NCBI GenBank assembly: GCA_050250375.1
Contig: JBFWOS010000001.1
Coordinates: 894,361 to 958,360 of the forward strand
Length of the DNA stretch: 64,000 bases
Direction of reading: 5' to 3'
From: Candidatus Omnitrophota bacterium
GTDB taxonomy: Bacteria > Omnitrophota > Gorgyraeia > Zapsychrales > Zapsychraceae
The notes under the pieces were generated by a model that saw only the letters and a program-made list of their open reading frames with translations, did no database searches and was not told the origin of the DNA. The position numbers and the translations under genes are program-made. This document shows positions 57,682 to 64,000 of this stretch, in pieces; position 1 is the stretch's first letter; each line of letters begins with the position of its first letter.

Positions 57682-58861
57682 GATTTTCTACCCCGTTTTT
57701 CGGACGATTGCCTTTCAGCGGCAGTGTAAAATAAAAATGGCTCCATTCATTTAAGGAGGATTCAGCCCAAATGCTTCCCCCGTGAAGCCGGATAATGTCA
57801 CGGCAGATGGCCAGACCGATCCCGGCTCCCCCCGCCATTCTTTTTTCAGGACTGCCGATTTGATGGAATTTATTAAACACTTTGCTCAAATCAGTTTCCG
57901 GGATCCCGACGCCTGTATCCTTGACACACACCTGCACCTCATCCTTGTCCTGGATGATCCGGCTGGTAATCAGAACCCCGCCTTTTTCCGTGAACACAAT
58001 CGCGTTGTCAATCAGGTTGCTCATCACCGTCTTGATGCGCTCCCCATCCATGGATATCAACGGAATCCCCTCTTGGAGATCAGCGTTAATGGACAATTTT
58101 TTATTGGCAGCTTCAGGCATAAACCACTTTAACTCTTGTTTGATGATATCGTTGATATCATTGGGTTTAATATCCAGATCCAGCGTTCCCGATTCAAGCG
58201 AGTTCATATCAAGCACGTCATCACTCAAACTTTTAAGACGATCAATATTTTTCTGGGCTGTATGAACAAAGACTTTCTGATCTTTATTCAGCGGACCGGG
58301 GGCTTCACTCGCCAATATTTCGACAGCACTTTTGATGGAAGCCAGGGGGGTGCGCAATTCATGCGATACCGTAGAAATAAATTCCTGCTGAATCTTTTGC
58401 AATGCCCTCAATTCCCGGTTAATTGCCTCCAGTTCCTGCGATTTTCGGCGCATATCTTCAAAAAGCCGTTCATTCTCTTCACACAAATTATAATGCTGGA
58501 GCGACTGCCGGATGGCCGCCTTGAATTCGGCCGTGTTAAACGGTTTGGTTAAAAAGCGGTATACCTCACCCATATTGATCGCCTGTTCCGCGATTTCAAA
58601 TTCTTCGTGCCCGGTCAGCAGGATCCTGACAATATTCGGGAACCTGTTTTTTACTTCTCTTAAAAAATGAATGCCGGGTATGACCGGCATAAACTGGTCG
58701 CTGACAACCACCTTGATCTTTTCTTTTCTCAAAATTTCAAAGGCCTCTTCCGTTGATTTGGTCGTGATAACCCCGAACGGCCAGTCTAAAAATATTTTCT
58801 CAAACAGATAAAGGTCGCTGTCTTCGTCATCGATAAATAGAATATTAATTTCTTTGGACAC
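57674..58861 (-). CDS. Hybrid REC-HisKA-HATPase kinase
   Basis: VSDQFMP, VSHELRTPL, GAGIGL; GTG start. Confidence 0.92.
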   Translation of the reverse strand: MSKEINILFIDDEDSDLYLFEKIFLDWPFGVITTKSTEEAFEILRKEKIKVVVSDQFMPVIPGIHFLREVKNRFPNIVRILLTGHEEFEIAEQAINMGEVYRFLTKPFNTAEFKAAIRQSLQHYNLCEENERLFEDMRRKSQELEAINRELRALQKIQQEFISTVSHELRTPLASIKSAVEILASEAPGPLNKDQKVFVHTAQKNIDRLKSLSDDVLDMNSLESGTLDLDIKPNDINDIIKQELKWFMPEAANKKLSINADLQEGIPLISMDGERIKTVMSNLIDNAIVFTEKGGVLITSRIIQDKDEVQVCVKDTGVGIPETDLSKVFNKFHQIGSPEKRMAGGAGIGLAICRDIIRLHGGSIWAESSLNEWSHFYFTLPLKGNRPKNGVENHE

Positions 58862-58893
58862 CTTAGAACTCCATCCCTACCGTCTTGCCGGTT

Positions 58894-59961
58894 TTAATTA
58901 TCCTTATGATTGATGGGCAACATGATGATAAATGTTGTCCCTTTACCCAGCACGGACTCCACACTGATTTCTCCGCCGTGTTTTTTAATAATATCGTAAC
59001 TGATGCTCAGGCCTAAACCTGTGCCTTGCCCAACCGGTTTGGTGGTAAAAAACGGGTCGAACATCTTCTTTAAATTCTCTTCGGCAATGCCGACCCCGGT
59101 ATCGCTGATCTCGGCATAAATATATTCATCTTTTCTATAAACCTTGACGAATATTTCACCTTTTTCTTTGATGGCCTGCGCGGCATTGACCAGCAAGTTT
59201 AAGAAGACCTGCTGAAGCCGTTGTTTCCTCCCTTTTATTAAAGGCAGATCCGGATCAAATTCTTTATTCAGGCCCGCTTTGTATTTGATTTCATTAAACG
59301 CCAGCCGGATCGTCTCTTCAATGATCGCTTTCAGGTCAACATCTTCCAGGCCTTCTTCATCCGCTTTGGAAAACACCCTCAAATCCGCAACGATATTTTT
59401 AACGCGCCTGACCCCGTCTTTGGTTTCTTTAAACAAATTTGTGATATCACTGAGGATATAATCGATTTCCGCTGTTTCCTGGGCGTTCAGTATTTTTTCT
59501 ATAGCCGGCCCGATTAAATCCGTTTGCGTTTTTACTTTCTTTTCCTTTAATTCCTGGACTGCGTGAATCACGGTCAGAAATTGCTTAACGTAACCTTCCA
59601 GGACTTCAATATTGCTTTCAATAAACCCGACCGGGTTATTGATTTCATGGGCCACCCCGGCGGCCAATTGACCGATCGAGGCCATTTTCTCCGATTGAAA
59701 CAACTGCATTTTCATATTCTTGAGGTCATTGTGAGTCTTTTGAAGATCCTGCAGCATTGTTTTCATCTTCTGGTTCGATTCGAATAATTCTTTGGAACTA
59801 AGCTCAATCGAATGTTCCAGTAATTCACGGTCACTGTCAAACGAACAATACGCATCACTGACGGCATCAATAAACCCTTTCCATTCATCTGAGAGCTGGA
59901 TATCAGCACCGTGATACTTCTTCAACTGCCGTCTAACTAACGTGTGTAACTCTTTCGCCAT
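58894..59961 (-). CDS. Cytoplasmic NtrB-type histidine kinase
   Basis: [12 protein letters not shown]-helix, [27 protein letters not shown]; TGATG coupling to the FIST gene. Confidence 0.93.
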   Translation of the reverse strand: MAKELHTLVRRQLKKYHGADIQLSDEWKGFIDAVSDAYCSFDSDRELLEHSIELSSKELFESNQKMKTMLQDLQKTHNDLKNMKMQLFQSEKMASIGQLAAGVAHEINNPVGFIESNIEVLEGYVKQFLTVIHAVQELKEKKVKTQTDLIGPAIEKILNAQETAEIDYILSDITNLFKETKDGVRRVKNIVADLRVFSKADEEGLEDVDLKAIIEETIRLAFNEIKYKAGLNKEFDPDLPLIKGRKQRLQQVFLNLLVNAAQAIKEKGEIFVKVYRKDEYIYAEISDTGVGIAEENLKKMFDPFFTTKPVGQGTGLGLSISYDIIKKHGGEISVESVLGKGTTFIIMLPINHKDN

Positions 59962-61106
59962 CAAACTTTCTCCGAGAATGTTGTAATGGTCATCGTCTGG
60001 TTGTGGAGCTGGCATTCCTTAAAATCTGCTCCGAACGGGGCGATTTCCCCGTAAGAATAAAATCCGGTTAAGATGCTCTGGCCCCCGACAACATCCCGGA
60101 CCCCTTCGACTTCCTCTTCAGTCCTTTGCTTGAGGATCAGTTTTCGTCCGACACAGCTGATCAGGATCGAAAGTTCCGCATTCATTGAATCCAGCGGAAC
60201 CAGGCTGTTCTTGGCCGCTCCGACCGCTCCGTCAACCAACCGGTTAAAATTCGCTTTCATCAACCGGACCGTACTATTTTCCGGAATGTCCCCGGCGAAT
60301 GTCATACTCTGTTCTTTCTCATCCACCGCCAAGATGGTGCGGACCACTTCTTTTTCACCGCTTTTTGTCGACAGGCTCAACGGAAACAATAAACCGGTTG
60401 CCGGCAATCCCTTGGCATGTTCACCCAAATATTGTTTGTAGAGATTTAAAGCCAGCTGGCCGTCCAGTTCATATAATTTATTACACCTTGATTTTGTCAC
60501 GACCCGTTCAGGACCAAAAGAATCCCATCCTCCAAGAGAACCGTACCCCACCTTGATGTTATTTCCATAAAATCCGACCGCGACCGCCCCTTCTTTATAT
60601 ACTTCTCCATCAGAAATAATGAACGTTTCTTTAAACCGGGCGGCATCTCCTGACAAGCCTCCCGAGACGGATATTTTCCCCAGCAGTTTATGGTTAAAGC
60701 CCCGCACCAGTTCACTGCCGTTCACGTTAATCCCCTCAGAGAGGACAAAAATATGCTTAAGATCATCCGCGTTTAATTGCTGCGCCAGGTTCCCGCCGGC
60801 CTCATAACTGTTATTAATATTGGTTATCTGCTGATGGACACACTTAATCTTTGTTTTCTCAAAATGAACAGCCGTCAGGACCAATGAATCATCATGAACC
60901 TGGGTGCCGTAAATCTCACCGGCCGTTGAACACCCAATCCAACTGGCGTTGGGATATATTTTCTTTATTTCTTGAAACTGTTGTTTCTCTTTTATAAGGG
61001 CCGTGCTGCCGAATAAGATAACTAGTTCAACACCGGAGCCGTCCGGGCTGGATAACGCGGGAGACCAACCTTTTTCTTTCGTCCAGATTCTTTGTTCTAT
61101 TTTCAT
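59961..61106 (-). CDS. FIST-domain sensory protein
   Basis: GCSTAGEI, GGLSGD, ISCVGR, GFYSYGEI, LHNQT. Confidence 0.93.
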   Translation of the reverse strand: MKIEQRIWTKEKGWSPALSSPDGSGVELVILFGSTALIKEKQQFQEIKKIYPNASWIGCSTAGEIYGTQVHDDSLVLTAVHFEKTKIKCVHQQITNINNSYEAGGNLAQQLNADDLKHIFVLSEGINVNGSELVRGFNHKLLGKISVSGGLSGDAARFKETFIISDGEVYKEGAVAVGFYGNNIKVGYGSLGGWDSFGPERVVTKSRCNKLYELDGQLALNLYKQYLGEHAKGLPATGLLFPLSLSTKSGEKEVVRTILAVDEKEQSMTFAGDIPENSTVRLMKANFNRLVDGAVGAAKNSLVPLDSMNAELSILISCVGRKLILKQRTEEEVEGVRDVVGGQSILTGFYSYGEIAPFGADFKECQLHNQTMTITTFSEKV

Positions 61107-61138
61107 GATCGCACCCCTTTAATAAATGTAAGCCGCCA

Positions 61139-61723
61139 TTATCGGCCTGTCTTCTGGGTCAGCAGCTGGTTAATTTTTTGTAATAAAGCTTCATTGGTAA
61201 ACGGCTTTTGCAGAAAATCATCCGCCCCCATCTTCAAAATCTTTTTAATTCTTTCTTCATCCTGGATACCGGATATGATCAAAATCCTGACGTCTTTGTT
61301 TTCCTTGTCATTGCGGATCGCCTGGCAGAGGCTGTCCCCGTCAACCCGCGGCATCCTTAAATCCAGAATGAGCAGGTCCGGTTTTTTCTGGATAAATTTC
61401 TGGCCGGCCATAAATCCGTCATACGCCACATCGACTTCAAATTGGGGGTCTGGCAACAACAGCCTTTTAATCAGATTAACGATCCCCTGTTCATCGTCCA
61501 CAATCAAAATATGCTTTTTGGAGTCTTTCGGCATTAAATCAGATGGAATAGGCATTTGAAATTTATTCAGAAAATGAATAAGTTCGGACTGTTTAACCCG
61601 GCTGTGGTTCCCCGGGGTGCGAAAAGCGGTGATCTTCCCTTCATTAATCCATTGGTTAACGGTACGCGGCGTGACATCACAATACTTGGCAATTTCGTGG
61701 GTTGTAAATGCTTTTTCAATCAT
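61139..61723 (-). CDS. Xis/BldC-like (MerR-type) HTH plus receiver regulator
   Basis: FTTHEIAKYCDVTPRTVNQWINEG...RTPGNHSR, then REC (LDLRMP, KPF). Confidence 0.9.
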   Translation of the reverse strand: MIEKAFTTHEIAKYCDVTPRTVNQWINEGKITAFRTPGNHSRVKQSELIHFLNKFQMPIPSDLMPKDSKKHILIVDDEQGIVNLIKRLLLPDPQFEVDVAYDGFMAGQKFIQKKPDLLILDLRMPRVDGDSLCQAIRNDKENKDVRILIISGIQDEERIKKILKMGADDFLQKPFTNEALLQKINQLLTQKTGR

Positions 61724-61749
61724 AGTGACCTCGGGTTTCGTTGTGAATT

Positions 61750-61794
61750 ATTTTCTCTAATTTCCTATTTTTCCTATTTCTCTGATTTCTCTTC
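61750..61794 (-). repeat. Five imperfect 9-bp direct repeats over the transcription start
   Basis: Minus strand GAAGAGAAA TCAGAGAAA TAGGAAAAA TAGGAAATT AGAGAAAAT. Confidence 0.65.
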
Positions 61795-61795
61795 A

Positions 61796-61823
61796 AGTAT
61801 AGCCCAAAATCTTAAGCTGTCAA
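61796..61823 (-). promoter_or_regulatory. Sigma70 promoter of the signalling/filament operon
   Basis: TTGACA-N16-TATACT. Confidence 0.8.
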
Positions 61824-61845
61824 TGTCCGCCAAACAGTATTTTCA

Positions 61846-61882
61846 TAAAAAAAGGAGAACGGCTTTTTAAGCGGTTCTCCCT
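61846..61882 (-). terminator. Intrinsic terminator
   Basis: GGGAGAACCGCTTAAAAAGCCGTTCTCCTTTTTTT after 61940-63097. Confidence 0.8.
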
Positions 61883-61939
61883 GTAGAATATTTTCCAGAT
61901 GGTATTAATATTTATTATAACTAATTAAAATACAATAAT

Positions 61940-63097
61940 TTATGATATATTTAACATAAAATTGAAGCTGCTCCCCTTGCCTAATTCGGATTCTACCCAA
62001 ATCTTCCCCTTATGCTGGTTAATAATTTCCTTACAAATGGCCAGCCCGAGCCCTGTCCCATCTTTGGATTTTGCGTCTAATTGCTGAAATTTCTTGAATA
62101 ATTTGGGGATGTCATCAGGACCTATCCCGGCCCCGGTATCCCGGGTGCTCACAACTAATTTGCCACCATCCCGTTTGGCGGTAATCAGGACGCCGCCTTG
62201 TTTCGTAAATTTGATTGAGTTCGTTACCAGATTATTCAAAACCTGACTGATCCGGTCCGCGTCAAAATTAAAACTGGGCAATCCCGGATCCACTTCCGCT
62301 TTTAAATATAATCCTGTTTTCTGCGCGCCGGGCTGGTTGACCTCAACGACTTCCTCAATGATCTTCCCTATATTATTCGGCTGCAACTTAATATCCATCT
62401 TGCCCGATTCCAGTTTTGAAATATCGAGCACATCATCAATCAAGCGCCGCAGACGGTCGACATTCAATTTGGCCTTGTTTAAAAATTTATTCTGTTCTTC
62501 GTTCAGGACCCCGGACGTTTCGCTGATGACAATATCAATCGCTGTTTTTATGGAGGCCAGCGGCGTGCGTAACTCGTGAGATACGACCGTTGAAAATTCT
62601 TTTTGTTTTTCATACATCGTGGACAGCCGCATATTGATTTCTTCCAGCTCGGCATTGCGTTCTTTGGCTATTTTCAGCAACAGTCTGTTTTTCTGGACCA
62701 AATCATAATGATAAAGGGACTCTTTGACGACTTTTCTTAAATATTCCGGCTCACAGGGTTTGTGGATAAACCGGTAAATGCCGCTGACATTAATCGCGTC
62801 CTCAACATCCTGGATGTCGGCCTGTCCCGACAGCAAAATTCTCAACGATTCCGGTTTTTTTTCCTTCACCTGCCCCAAAAATTTAACCCCGGTAATATCC
62901 GGCATGCACTGGTCGCTGACGACGAGTTTAATGTTGTTTTCATCGACTACTTTCAAAGCCTCATTAAAATCAGTCGTGGCCAGAACGCCGAAATCTTCCC
63001 TTTTAAACATTTTATTCATCGCGTAGACGATGTCTTCTTCGTCATCCAGGAACAGGACATTGAGTTCTTTTTCAGTTTTGTCAGGATCAATTGTCAT
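61940..63097 (-). CDS. Hybrid REC-HisKA-HATPase kinase
   Basis: VSDQCMP, VSHELRTPL, GTGLGL; close paralog of 56503-57681. Confidence 0.93.
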   Translation of the reverse strand: MTIDPDKTEKELNVLFLDDEEDIVYAMNKMFKREDFGVLATTDFNEALKVVDENNIKLVVSDQCMPDITGVKFLGQVKEKKPESLRILLSGQADIQDVEDAINVSGIYRFIHKPCEPEYLRKVVKESLYHYDLVQKNRLLLKIAKERNAELEEINMRLSTMYEKQKEFSTVVSHELRTPLASIKTAIDIVISETSGVLNEEQNKFLNKAKLNVDRLRRLIDDVLDISKLESGKMDIKLQPNNIGKIIEEVVEVNQPGAQKTGLYLKAEVDPGLPSFNFDADRISQVLNNLVTNSIKFTKQGGVLITAKRDGGKLVVSTRDTGAGIGPDDIPKLFKKFQQLDAKSKDGTGLGLAICKEIINQHKGKIWVESELGKGSSFNFMLNIS

Positions 63098-63125
63098 AAT
63101 GGTTTAATTCAAGTTTACCACCCGG

Positions 63126-64000
<875 letters not shown>

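Overview
A 64 kb gene-dense bacterial chromosome segment from a diderm organism. The gene content (Mla system, TPR/GT-C membrane proteins, a GH-A TIM-barrel lipoprotein, type IV filament genes) would fit a PVC-superphylum or Omnitrophota-like genome, but that assignment is inference only. I found no rRNA, tRNA, CRISPR array, transposase or integrase. Left to right it contains: a NarL/PAS-kinase pair, photolyase, class I HMG-CoA reductase, PPK2, pilin-like genes, mlaEFDCA, an AT-rich glycosyl/lipid-modification block (GT-C, B12 radical SAM, two SGNH paralogs), rtcB and thpR, an HTTM pair, cysS/yidD, a Fur/Zur regulator with a His-rich permease, MORN-repeat and LbH proteins, a CHASE kinase, a signal-peptide Hsp20, a bacterial histone, a GH2-like enzyme, an AdoMetDC-like gene, and a ~14 kb operon joining a multi-step phosphorelay to a type IV filament machine. 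Main candidates for novelty: (1) a ~0.8 kb cassette at 28866-29650 that the ORF track mostly misses, with a consensus promoter, a 29-aa leader peptide with complete 1:2/2:3/3:4 attenuator pairings, a 30-aa peptide with a perfect SD, an 89-aa orphan protein, a 6-codon ORF and a terminator; (2) a monocistronic Bd0055-like histone; (3) the phosphorelay/type IV filament operon, headed by a BldC/Xis-like HTH-receiver with five 9-bp direct repeats over its promoter; (4) a Zur-box-controlled His/Cys-rich membrane protein with an internal duplication. All calls come from reading motifs by eye; no database searches were run.
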